DNA of 64,000 bases. Source: Chrysomallon squamiferum. Lineage: Eukaryota > Animalia > Mollusca. The stretch covers positions 34,658,001 through 34,722,000 of the forward strand of contig CM022670.1 in the NCBI GenBank assembly GCA_012295275.1, given 5' to 3'. Position numbers and translations under genes: made by a program. Below the pieces are notes generated by a model that ran no database searches, was not told the origin of the DNA, and saw only the letters and a program-made list of their open reading frames with translations. Below are positions 1 to 12,561 of this stretch, piece after piece (position 1 is the first letter of the stretch; each line of letters opens with the position of its first letter).

Positions 1-290
1 TTTTATAATGTTAAAGGACTGAACAAAATTACAATAAAAACAAAATTAACAAATCAAAATGGAACAAAAAACATATTTCTTAATTATTAGTATTGTTATT
101 TTTACTTATTATTCTTTTTGTAATGAGAAATGAAACTTGAAAACTTTCTTTTTTGTATGATTTTATGAAGCTTTAACTCTAAAATGTACATTCTAATATT
201 AATTCGTGATTTTATTTTAGACTTTAAACTGACAGTAATAAAAGTAAACATCTTTGATGTTTTTCAACAGACTTTTTAATGTGTACTTAC

Positions 291-373
291 TTTGACAGAC
301 TCATGAACCTGTTGGAGCTGGGCAGCCAGAGCAATAAACGCTTCATACAGTTTTTTCATTAATGCTATCAGTT
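291..373 (-). CDS. NUP58: NUP58 exon 11
   Basis: LIALMKKLYEAFIALAAQLQQVHESVK|gtaagt. Confidence 0.92.
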
Positions 374-3300
374 CTGAAACAGAATAATACTCATAAACAA
401 ACACCATTCTTTGGAAAAATCAACTATAACAAATGGATGAATATTTAATAACATACCAGCAAAAACAAATATTTTAGTGAACAGGTGTTAGACAAGGATA
501 CATAAATTAAATGATGGTTAATATAAATAATGTAAAAAACATCAAAGGTCAAAACAATGTAAAGAGCTGTGTCAAAAATTAACTTAAATAATAATAATAA
601 TAATCATAAAACAAAGAAAATTCAGCAAACAATTTTACTTAAAGAATCAAAAATTAATTCAGAATCATTAAAATATTTTTAAGAAAATGATCATTAGAGA
701 TAAACAAGATTAGAATCTGCTTGAAATGAAAAATCGTTACAATAAAATGATATATATTACATGAAATCTCTAAAATGAGAAATCATTACAATAAAATGAT
801 GTATGTAACCCCTGAAAGTTCAGTAAATGACCAACCCGCTGGAGAATGTCTGGAAGGCTCGTGTAGAGCAGTCAAGTGACTCTCTAATGTTTCTATCTGT
901 TGACGGTATGTCAGCATTCTTCCTTCAAACTCTTCTACAAGATGCTGGAAATACCTGGAAGAAGAAGAGCTAAACATGTCAAACAAGCATTTTGTCAATC
1001 ACAGTCTCTGAATTCTTTAGGCTTAGTTCCTAATACAGTGTCAAAGGAATCAGTGTACCTTTTCTGTCTTACAGGTTTGTGCTTCTAATAGATAACTAGT
1101 TGTTGTATCAGTAAAGGAGTGATAGCAGCTGAGTTATTCAACGTAACATCACTAGTCAAGCAAATGATAATAATAATAATAATAAGCATTGACATTAAAC
1201 GTGCAGTGATATTAAATGAACTGTTATAAACCTGTCTCATCTTTCTGTGCAATCTTGTAATAGTTAATATTATAAGCTATTTATTTTTAAAAAAGAATAT
1301 ATCTTTTATTAATACATGGATGCTTAAGAAGTACTTCATTTGGGTTATACATTATTAAAGATTACTGTTATCAAGAACATTTGGATTTTTCTCTATGTAA
1401 TTTAAGTATATGTTTTGTAATGAAACACATACTCAGTTGGTGCTGTGTTTTCATACTGAAGTCCAGGTGGAATCACTTTGGTTCTTAAAGCCATTTCAGC
1501 ATTCTTCAGTTCCTGTATTGAATATAAGAATGTTAATTAAAATTATACTGAGAGGATCATCATAATTATGATTTTTTTTTAATTCATACCAAAATAACAT
1601 GTAAATATGTATACTCAAATATTAATTAATAATTACAAAAATAAATATTGGGGAAAATGGCAATTTTTTTTTATTATTAGCAGTTTTGACCAAAAGATAC
1701 AAAAAAGATATTCTGAATTACATAATTTACATCCTCAATATTACAAAATGTTCAAAACAGAAAAGTGAAAAATAGAATCTGTTGTTACCTGAGTCATTTC
1801 ATGTTTGAGTTTTTCCACAGCACAAGCGTTTCTCTGTAAGCCATTAGACACTACAGCCAGGAGTTGCTTCAGTGTGGCTACATCTTCTTGTACTTTCAAC
1901 ATCGGCTTTGTCGACATCCTTGCTATTCCCTCACGTACACTCTTCTCTTCCTTGACATATTTTCTATTAGAAAAAAAAAAAAAAAAAAAAAACCAATAAA
2001 TTATTAGCAATTAATAATAAAAAATGAAATAATTTTTACAAAATTCTGGATAAATTCCATTTTAAATAAGGTAAATGCATTTTTAGCTGACATACTTATG
2101 TGCCACATTTTTGATTAAAAAGAAGAAAAATTGATACTTTTTTTTTCAAAAGATGAATATTATAGCATTACATCAACATAGAACAGATAATATGAAATAT
2201 GAATGATTATCTTAACATTTTTTTTCCAAGCAAAGACTATAATTAGCTAATCGATACTTGTGTAAAAAGAAGAGGAATATTATTGAATATTCTACTCACT
2301 GGAAGGAATCAACAGTTTCAACCAATAAATCTGGAATATTTGATTCCTTGAGAGCCTTCCCATCACTGAAATAAGAAACAAAACTATAATTATGTACACA
2401 CACTTTACTAGATAAGATATAAAACTGTTTACATATATATATTTAAAAAATGCTAAATGATAAAATAAATAAATACGTGTAGCATTAAAATTAGTAAGCA
2501 GAATATTTCTTTAATCATGACACAATATGAACATTATCTTTAAAAACAGGATTTTATTCAACAAACATAAGTTCGTCCAAATTTAAATTACTAAGAATTT
2601 AATCCATAATGGAATAAAATTTGAATGATAAGAAAAAACTCAAACCTAGTTTTTCCTGATGTCCCTGATGTACCTGTAAAATTAAAATAAATATTCAGTA
2701 GAGGTAAATCAAAAGGATCCCAAAATAATAAAAACATTATTATATTAAACATGGCAAATGATTAAAAAATATTTCAGTATTGATTTTTCTTATAATAAAA
2801 ATTTAAGGTTGAAATTTTACCTGTTCCTGCTGCAGATGTTTTTGGATCCACTCCACCTAGACCAATTGTTGCAGTGGTAGTTGTGACAGTATTGAATATG
2901 CTACCTGGTGCAGATGCCCCTGAACTTGCTGGATTTGTAGCAAATAAACTCAAGCCAGTACCTCCTCCTACAATTATAAAAAAAATATATATATATATAT
3001 ATATTCACAAATATATAATTTGACCTAACCTTACACCACGATCTGTAATCAAGAAGACATAACAGGAAATTATTCTTTTATAATAAATAACTCAATTTGA
3101 TTTTTAAACCACTTTCAAGAAAATATACCTAAATGAAAAAAAACAAAATTATTGAAATATGTCAAAAATGTTTTAAGAAAAAAGTCTAATAAAAAAAAAA
3201 AAATATATATAAAATCTAATAAATAAAATAAATTAAATGAATAAAGTGGACTTTACATTCTTATTCAAAATAAAAAATAATGAAGCCTGCACATTTAAAC

Positions 3301-5496
3301 AGAAAAAGAAGATGCAATAAAAGAATGATTTTAAAATTCTAACCCAGAGCTGAAGATGAAGTGGTGGTCTTTCCAAAGTTTAATCCTGGTAGTCCAGTTG
3401 ATGCACTGGTTGATGTGATTGATCCAAAACTTAAACCTGTGCTGGTTGATGTGGTTGATGCCAACCCTAATCCCAAACCAGTTGAAGCCTGCAGGAGTAG
3501 AACAGTTTTCAGAAATGGCTAACTTGTAAAATACAGAAACCTGGCACTATGTAAGATGTTCATTTAAGCACTTTTCAGAAAATTGAGTTTTATCTTTATG
3601 ATGATTAAGTTAGTTTTATTGTTGGTATGTTTCATATATGCCATTTTTGGTTACGATTTAATTTTTAAAACCGATATTATAATTGCTAATGCCAATCAAT
3701 AAAAACATCAAAAAATGTGTACGTGTTTTTCATATATACACATATGCATAAAGTAAGACAGAACTAAATTGTTACTAAAAAATAAAATTATAATATCAAG
3801 AAAGCAGTAACAAAAAATATGCTATACAACCAACCTGTGTAACAGTACCACCAAGAGAAAATCCTGTTGGGGCAGTTGTCTTGGCCAAACCAAATCCTCC
3901 TAGTAACGAACCAGTGGCAGTTGTTGCTGCTGCTGCTGATGATGGAGCACTCAGAGAAAACCCCACTGTTGGCTTAGTAGTTGCAGGAGTTGCACCCAGA
4001 GTGAATCCAGAAGTTGGTGTAGCTCCAAAATTCAGGGCTGTACTAGTAATGGGCTGTCCACCAAATGTCAAACCAGAAGCTGTAGAAATGATTAAAAAAA
4101 AGAAATAATAATAATAAAAAAATATAATAAATTAAAATAATAATTTAAAAATTATATTTTAAGAGATTGTTGCTGAAGGAACATTTGACAAAAAGGAATG
4201 ATGAAAGTGTTATCTGTGTACAACAGCAATATGAGTTTTGATCAGTAACTGAGTAAATAAGGTTGAACTTTGATATAACTCAAATTTTACAAGGCTGGTA
4301 GGAATTAAAAAGAAAATAAATGTAAAAATACAATTTCAGGTTCCCTTATTTGAAAGGTAAGGGATTACAATTATTTTGGGTTTTGGAATTCAAGGAAGAG
4401 AGCTTGAGAATAGGATCCAAGTATAAATACAAAATTCACATATAATTAGACTTAAACAGATGGTCTACAAGTATTTTTAAAATATATTTTGTGTATGAAA
4501 TGAAATCTGTTTAAGCCAAACCACCCCAAAACTACAAGTATCACTGTCAGGTGCTTGAGAAAAATTCCAAATTTTAGATAAGGGATTCTTAACAGTTAAT
4601 ATTTATAAAGTAATAAATTATGAATATTAAAATGTGTAAAGTAAAATAAATATTCATTCAGCTGGTTTTGCTTTTTATGGAAAAAAATCATGTTTATAAT
4701 TTTAAGACTTACAGGTAGCTGGTGTTGTTAGTGATCCTCCAAATGTAAATCTGAAAAACAACCAAAACACATTACAGTGATTACTTAATACTTATGTACC
4801 ATTTTACCAAATCATTTTATGTTTTATCATACTCTTGAACATTATTAAACAAAAATAAATAATAATAATAAAAATAATAATTGAATACATAAACAATGAA
4901 AAGTAAGTTATATCACTAGTCTAATGATATACAATCCAACTTGAGTTTGACAGATAAATTTAAAAAATAACTTTGTTCCTGAAGTACTGACTCACAAACT
5001 TTAAGTTTATATGGGCCACCAATCAGTGACTCAAAAAGTGTTCTGAAGCCTGAAAAAAGTACTGCTTTTACATTTATGTACTGTCTCATAAGAACATAAG
5101 TTCATTCATACTTTGAAAAAAAAAAAAAAAAGACTTTGTCAAACGAATGTGGAGTTAGACAGTAAAATATCATCTTTTTATTTTTCATTTACCAGCATAA
5201 AAATAAATAACATCAAAAGATTCACTAAAATCTCAGTCAGAAAGGCGCAGATGTAAATTGGAAGATAATCAGCCAAATTCTGAAATTGTAGTTAACTGAT
5301 AATCGGTTGATTCACAACTGATCCAAACTCAAATACAAAATGAGTTTCCTTCTGGGGTTTTCATGTGGATGTCATAAGTAAAAATACTAAAATATAATTA
5401 AATTTGACAGTTCATAAATATAATTTAAAAATTAAGTCTATACCCGCCAGGAGTTGTAGTAGCTGAAGGTGCTTGACCAAACGCAAAACCAGACAT
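291..5496 (-). CDS. NUP58: Nucleoporin p58/p45 (NUP58/NUPL1), 5' portion; gene continues off the left edge
   Basis: 11 GT-AG exons with consistent phases: 5444-5496, 4713-4750, 3835-4079, 3344-3488, 2821-2967, 2646-2673, 2300-2365, 1789-1963, 1433-1512, 836-954, 291-373. N-terminal S/T/G-rich FG repeats (MSGFAFGQAPS...) are followed by SDGKALKESNIP...KYVKEEKSVREGIARMSTKPMLKVQEDVATLKQLL...ELKNAEMALRTKVIPPGLQYENTAPTEYF...YRQQIETLESHL...LYEAFIALAAQLQQVHESVK, which I recognise as the NUP58 coiled-coil core. Confidence 0.95.
836..954 (-). CDS. NUP58: NUP58 exon 10
   Basis: YFQHLVEEFEGRMLTYRQQIETLESHL...HSPA|gttggt. Confidence 0.92.
1433..1512 (-). CDS. NUP58: NUP58 exon 9
   Basis: ELKNAEMALRTKVIPPGLQYENTAPT|gtatg. 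Confidence 0.93.
1789..1963 (-). CDS. NUP58: NUP58 exon 8
   Basis: KYVKEEKSVREG...KLKHEMTQ|gtaac. Confidence 0.93.
2300..2365 (-). CDS. NUP58: NUP58 exon 7
   Basis: DGKALKESNIPDLLVETVDSF(Q)|gtgagt. Confidence 0.9.
2646..2673 (-). CDS. NUP58: NUP58 exon 6 (28-nt microexon)
   Basis: tttacag|GTSGTSGKT(S)|gtttga; needed to bridge phase 1 to phase 2. Confidence 0.8.
2821..2967 (-). CDS. NUP58: NUP58 exon 5
   Basis: ttgtag|GGGTGLSLFATN...GLGGVDPKTSAAGT|gtaaaa. Confidence 0.88.
3344..3488 (-). CDS. NUP58: NUP58 exon 4
   Basis: cctgcag|ASTGLGLGLAS...LNFGKTTTSSSAL|gttaga. Confidence 0.85.
3835..4079 (-). CDS. NUP58: NUP58 exon 3 (FG repeats)
   Basis: SSGLTFGGQPITSTALNFGA...GFSLGGTVTQ|gttggt; overlaps ORF 3796-4071. 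Confidence 0.9.
4713..4750 (-). CDS. NUP58: NUP58 exon 2 (38 nt)
   Basis: tttttcag|...FTFGGSLTTPAT|gtaagt; phases 2 to 1 fit both neighbours. Confidence 0.85.
5444..5496 (-). CDS. NUP58: NUP58 exon 1 (start codon)
   Basis: ATG 5496, MSGFAFGQAPSATTTPG(G), donor GG|GTATAG. Confidence 0.9.
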
Positions 5497-5666
5497 ATTT
5501 GCGCTCAAGAGAAAATTAAAAGGATAGTCTCGACAGAGGTAGCCGTTTATAAATTTGTTGTATGTAAATTCCACCCATTAAAAAATCCTGAAAATTAAAA
5601 AATATATATCTTGTTATTATTAATAATTTGTTGATATAATTTTAATTTAGCACGAAATTAATATAA

Positions 5667-5703
<37 letters not shown>

Positions 5704-6180
5704 TCGTCCAATTTTTTATTATTATTATTGTTATTATAATTATATGTTGTTGCAGTTTTTTCGTTGGTTTATTTAATCAATGACATGATTCTAAGATTAA
5801 TAAATGTTGTAATTTCAGATACAAATAAGAACGTGAAATATTTGGATACATAGTCTTTGAAGACCCTTTTAACGCTTTCCATCCGAATAACTTTTTGTAT
5901 CTTTATAGCAAGATAATCGAGGTTGCTACCTGCAGATACGGATGGTTTCCGGTTTGATAATTTATTTATGATTAAGGGATTATAAAAAAGAAAAAACGTA
6001 ACGTGAATTCCAAATATATTTATTGAAGAAAAATAATAAAATATCTGTTGAGCCTTCTCATTTATAATATTATATTTGTCGAATTTTGATTTTTATAATC
6101 CTGAACCGGTGGGGTGGTGTCATGGCGCAGCTGTCTGCTACAGTTTAATCTGGTAGAATACAGCATCCAACTGTAACAAA
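5497..6180. promoter_or_regulatory. Putative bidirectional promoter shared by NUP58 and MTMR6/7/8
   Basis: 684 bp between divergent ATGs; CpG is locally retained (about 5440-6520) compared with CpG-poor gene bodies; ETS-like TTTCCGG near 5946 and CCGGAAAT near 6460; YY1-like CATGGCG at 6121. Confidence 0.7.
5668..5703. repeat. (AAT)n microsatellite in the divergent promoter
   Basis: 12 AAT units. Confidence 0.9.
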
Positions 6181-6204
6181 ATGGACCACATAAAGACTCC
6201 AAAG
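6181..6204 (+). CDS. MTMR6: MTMR exon 1a
   Basis: [11 protein letters not shown]|gtaatc, resembles vertebrate MEHIRT(T/P)K. Confidence 0.9.
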
Positions 6205-8584
6205 GTAATCATAAAAAATAACAAAAAGCAATGATGGTAATATGGAATACCTTAAATGTAAATAACTATTGATTATTTACTTTTTAGCAGTTAAAATTTG
6301 CTTGCACTTTTGTTTTTATAGGTGTTGTCAGGTTGACACACTTCCATTTCGTTAATCTATGTCATGACGGCATCAAAGTTAATGTTCCGTGCTTACTTAT
6401 GTTAATTATTGTCTGAATATTTTTACAAGCTGTGTTAGCGACTATGAAGTGCAATGCCACCGGAAATGAAGGTAGGGATTGTTTTTGGGTAGTCGGATAA
6501 GAGGGCACGATACAGCACTTTAGTGAGACATAATGTTACATGTATGATTGTGTAATAAATAAATGAGTTGTTATTATAGTGAACTGTTCTAAAAATATCA
6601 TATCATATGGTGACATATTTTTAGGAAAATATGGTGACAGATAATTTGTTCCATATTTGACATTTTGGTATATTTAATTTGAGATAAAAACAAACAAGTA
6701 TAAAAACCAAATAATTTGATGATGCAGCAGATCATTTTTAAGGGATATAGTTCTGAAATATGTAACAGTTGACTCTGTCCAAATTATATTACTTTTGGAC
6801 TAAACAAACATTTGTCAAAAATTCAGAACAATATAATTTAAACAATTAAGCATTTTATTTATTTATATATTTATATATTTTTATTATTTTATTTTTATAT
6901 GTCCATATTTAAAATCTCTTTAATAATAAAATAAACCTACCAACCACAAGTAAAAACAGCAACATCCAACTGCCATGATTTTTAAAGATTATCAACCTTT
7001 TTATTGTTGCTGATCAAATTTAAGCATTCATAGTACAATTTTGTCATTTTCTTTAATGTTAGCTATATTGAGAACAATGCCTGTTGTACTCATCAATTAT
7101 TTATTTTATACTATGACATCCAACAGCTAAACTGTGAGACACCACTGTTTCAGACACCTAATTAGATATTGATTACTATATGTATAGGAAATTGTTACTT
7201 AAAAATTCTAATGAGATGGTGTGTTTGTGACCATTTGAAAAGAAATAAAAAAAAAGACAAAAACAAAAGACAAAATTACAGAATGTAAGAATATTAATTT
7301 TTTCAGGCTTCAAATCACTTTTTGGTGATCACTCTGCCTAATTATATGTAAGATGATTATTTATTTGTAATAATATTTTAAGTTTAAACTGTAGAAATTT
7401 ATTTTATTTTATATGTATTTCTTTCTGATTTTACCAAAATGCATTTATTTTTATTCTGGTTATTTTATTTTGTTTATGTGTTCATGAATAGTCTCATTTG
7501 CTTTGATTTAATAACAGATGAAGATATATATTTTAAGTACAGATATGTAATCCAAAATCTTCAAAAGTAGTATAAAATGAATATATAGAATAAGAAACTG
7601 TTAATCAATCATTTTACATTGTTTACTTTAGACTGTATTAATGTTTTTCCATAAAGGAACAAAAACTGTAAGATCATTAAAATGAATGAATTTTATATGT
7701 ATTTAAAAATATTTTAATTCGTTGGCAACATTGTAAGATTTCAGTGTTTTGTATGGAATGTAGCAATATGAAGATAATTATAATTAATATTTAGTAAAAG
7801 GAACAAATATGTGTGTGTATGTGGAAATTGTTTTATGACAAATGTTAATGCATGGAGATCTTCATATGTTAAAAGGCATAACAGTTTAGTGATAATTCTA
7901 GTTAAAAAATAATACAGGTACAAGTACATCTCGTCTGCACTTGATATCACCATTGAAATATTTTGTTTTTCAAGTATATATTCAAATAATAAATGAGTAA
8001 ATGATTATGGTTTGAAATTGTTCAGTTTGTAAAAAAGAGCAGCATGTACTTGAGGATAGTGTTTGGTTATGTTTCCGTTTATATGTCACCACTGCAATTA
8101 TGATATATTAAAACCTGAATTGATTAAATGTTATTATTAATGGGTTATTCACTGACATGCATAGATTTAGTTTGATGAGAAAAAGATGAACTGTCACTAC
8201 CATTTCATGGCTCTCTCTCCTTTGTTATCAATTAATAACATATGATGATTTAAATGTACTTTACCACAGCTAGGACATACATCATAGACTTTGATACCAT
8301 GGCTGGATCTGGGAATTGCCTGATTGATCTGATGACCTATCATACCTCTATGTTACAACTAAAAATTTTTATAAATTTTCTGATTTCAAAAACAATTTGC
8401 ACCATCATAAATCAGTGATTTCAGTGACATATTCTCAATAATATATAGGTTATTTGTTAATAAATACTCCTTCCTATATTCTAATTACTGTTGATGTAGG
8501 CAGGTTTACAGATAATATGAGATATCCTGTTCAAATCTGATAAATATTAGATTCCAATTTTAAGATTTAAAAATGTATGTTATT

Positions 8585-8629
<45 letters not shown>

Positions 8630-11600
8630 TTAATAACAAAAATGTTATATATTTCATTTATTGGAATAAAATTGGATTGTGTTATATTTCAAAACTGGTT
8701 ATTTTATAATTATATTTGGTCAAGTCAGAAATTTAAATATCATGCCATTTTTGTTGTAAGTACATGTGTAAAAATTAAAACCTAAGTTATTTTGTAGTCA
8801 TCTTTTATCAGGTTATATATAAACATATATATATCTTTACTTGAAAGTCTATAAAATAATGAAATAATATTTTACAACATTTAAAATTTAATTTATCACT
8901 GGTTTCTTTTATCTATACTTTTTTAAAATTTTAGAATGTTATCAAAATTTTTTTATATTTTGTTGTACCATTTACTATATAATTTCATAGTTAAAGCTGG
9001 TTATTGTTTTTTTTTTCATCATAATTTTTTATTTTTTATTTTTTGTATATATATTTTTTTGGTTTTCCCCAGATTGTTTAATAACACGTCAAATATTTTA
9101 TCATTATAATTTATTAGTGAACAAAAACATATTTTTGCTGTAATTGTGATAAAAGCAAAAACCTGCTGTTGTAATTGAATGAACTAGTGCTACTGATATT
9201 TAGGAAGATGTGTTCTATTGTGCTTTGGCTGAAATAGAAAACATTGTAACAGATTTTCTGATGAAAATATTCTGTAACCTGTCATACATCAATTTAGAGA
9301 TCTGCCACAGATTTTAAGCCTGGGAGGTTCTACACAATTTCAGTAGCAGGTTTTTGATGTATGCATGAAAATCTGATAATTTTTCTATAAAAGTAAAAAA
9401 AAAAAAAAGAAAGAAGATTGAATTAATGAATATTAGCTTAACAATATTTCATTGTATTTTATTATTAATTGTTATTAGGTATCAAGTATCATGGTCTTTG
9501 TGTAAATAATATATAAAAGAAAATTACTGTTGCAATTCTGTTTGTCAGCCATGATGGCTCTTTTATGCTTACCTTCCCAGAAAAATGTATGTCATGATCT
9601 TTGATGTATATTATATGGTTTTCTGGTTAGAATGGAAAATACTTCAGTGGATATATTGAAAAAAAAAAAAAAAAAATCTTCTCATGATTTCTTGTGAATA
9701 AAACTGAATTTCCAGAACAACAAAAAAAAACCCAGAAAAGAAGAACTTCAAGGCTTAGACTTTTAAGACTAAATAAATTAAAAACTGTCCATTTATTTAT
9801 TTATTTACTTATTTACTTACTTACTTACTTATTTTTTAATATTTAAAAAAGTTTTGAATCATAGTACAACCGTTAGTTTAAAAGTCTGAGTGACATTATT
9901 TCTTTTTTTAAACTTTTATATAATTTGATCAATTGCAGAGAACATTCTTTGGAGATAGTAACAAAATGTTTAATCAGACTGAGTCACTAACGTAATGATC
10001 ATATGATACAGCTGTACAGTATTTATAAACACAAATATAAAAAAAGTTATTAATTACATCAGTTTGTATGAACTTTAACTGCAATTACATTATTCATGTA
10101 TGTTCAGTCTGAAAATATTTTACTGTAATAAAGATAAATTTTATTTTTATTTTTATTTCAAAGTTTAATTTAATATAAAAATTGTTCGTGAATTTAATTT
10201 TTTAAGATATTGTTTTATGAAAACTTGCAGATACTCAGATAATTAAAGAAAAAGACAAAACAAACAAAAAACACCAAAATAACAAAAGTTTAAGAGACTT
10301 TTTTCAATTAATGTTTGATAAAATGGTTTTGTATTGAATTTATTGATTATAATAATTTGTTTCAGCTGTACTTGCTTATCAGTAAACACTTTTAAAATAA
10401 TTTTTATTATTTTTATTTTTCTGCTTCTTTGTCCTTTAACTGTTATATGCATGAATTATGGATATAACTGACAGATGAATTATTGTTTATAAAAATCACC
10501 ACTTTAGTAAATAATATAATAATAACAGTTTGATTTTTATGATAAATATACAGTGTTTATTCCTCTTCATTTATTTATTTTTTATTTATTTATACTGTTT
10601 ATATTAACTTTAATCAAGTGTTCTTATCTTTTATTTTTTGATTATTGGATGTTTCTATTTAAAAACTGGTTTAAAGGTTTGTGTTCATATGTATATGTTA
10701 AAATAGTAACATAACTTTAAAGAACTGACAGAATAATTGAGAATTTTAATAAATTATTACTTTACGAACCACTGGAAGTATTACTGATGCAAATCAATTA
10801 AGCCATTAAAATATTGGTGATGAACCATTTATCAATAACAGATCAATATTCATGACATTTCTGAATCTTAATAAATGACTTTTACTTGGGTGATCATTTG
10901 TACAAGAGCTGTTTTTTATCCTCACTTTAGAAGGGAAAAAAAAAATGAAAAGAAAAAAGATAAACATTGAGATTAATATTTCTGCAGTATAAATAATTAA
11001 ATATAACTATGGGGCTCTAAATTACACACACATGATCTTTGGTAAAAATGAAAAGTCTAGTTGGATGATAATAATAAAAAAAAAAAAAAAAAATATTAAA
11101 ATAATGAATTATTGATTACAGAACTAAAATCTGAAGATTAATTTTAAAATTCATTGTGGGAAATTATGGTGATATTCTGAGAGACATGAATAATGCAATG
11201 GTTATATTACTGAATATATTCATAAAGAAGTATATGCACTGGACATGAAGACAAATGATATATTGATGAGAACTCTTAACTAAAATATTATTATTCAAAA
11301 TGAAATATAAGAATGAATAATGTGCATTTTAAGATTTTTAAATTTTTTTTTTTTTAAATCATTGATTTTTTATTTACAGTAAAGCAGAATTTTATTTCCT
11401 TGTTGAAGCAAATGTTATTTTTATACTTGTTTATTTCCTCAATTTGCCATGATTAAGTAACATAAGAAATCACATCATTGGAATAATCAATGACAGAGTA
11501 ATAAATTGAATCACTGCACAATAGTTTCATTTTCAACAATTAACTGTAATCACATCTTGTAACAGAAATAGTAAAGATTTGACCTTGGCTTGGAAATACC

Positions 11601-12519
11601 AAATGCAATGGCATTCATGTTTTCAAATGAATGCAACAATTGCTGGAAATGAAGTTGTAAACAGGATGTCCCATTAATGCACACTTGTCTTGTAGATGTT
11701 GTTAACTTTTGGTTTAATTATTGGAATCCCTATCAAGATCAGATTCTAATCTACAGAAATCCATTTCAATAAGCCACAGTTCTTCATAGAAGGTAGCAAA
11801 TGGTTATTGTCTAACAAATCAGAATTTAGTGTTAATTTTGTGAATCATCATCACTAGTACTGTTTTCTGCCACATATCTAGATGTATGTGTAATGGAATA
11901 AGGTTATTTCAGGTCAGAAATATAACATGTTTCATGGAGAAACATCAGTTCATGGTCTCCTTCACATCATTATAAAGAACACTTACACTTTCTTTATTAA
12001 TATCAATGCACTGTACTTCTCTTTGCACCCAGATATTGTTCCTATATTTTTTTTTTTTTTTTCATGATAGTATAATCAGTGTTATGGAGAGGCCTGCATT
12101 GTGATCCTTGATAAAGCTACTTCAGAATTTCTGACATGAATTTTATCAGCCAGTTCATGGACAAGTGAAGTTACTTCAGAATATGGGAAAGTTGATATGA
12201 GTTTTACTGGTCTGAGCATGATGTTTATGCCAGACCATTCCCAAAAGGTTGCAAGCATTGATTAGATCATGTTGTAAACACACGTGCTATTGACTCTCTT
12301 CTCTCAGCTAGGTAATTATTGATACTAAAGTGTTCTCTGAGGAGCCACATGCACATTATTTAACATTTATCAGTTCTGAACAGGAATAAATCATTAAAAT
12401 TTATATTGAGTTACTTGGCTGCCAGTATAAGCTGGAAATATATAAAACTATGTTTGTTGATTTAGTGGTTCACGTAGAACATTGCTGAAACTATTTGATC
12501 ATGCAGACAAAAACTTAAA

Positions 12520-12561
<42 letters not shown>

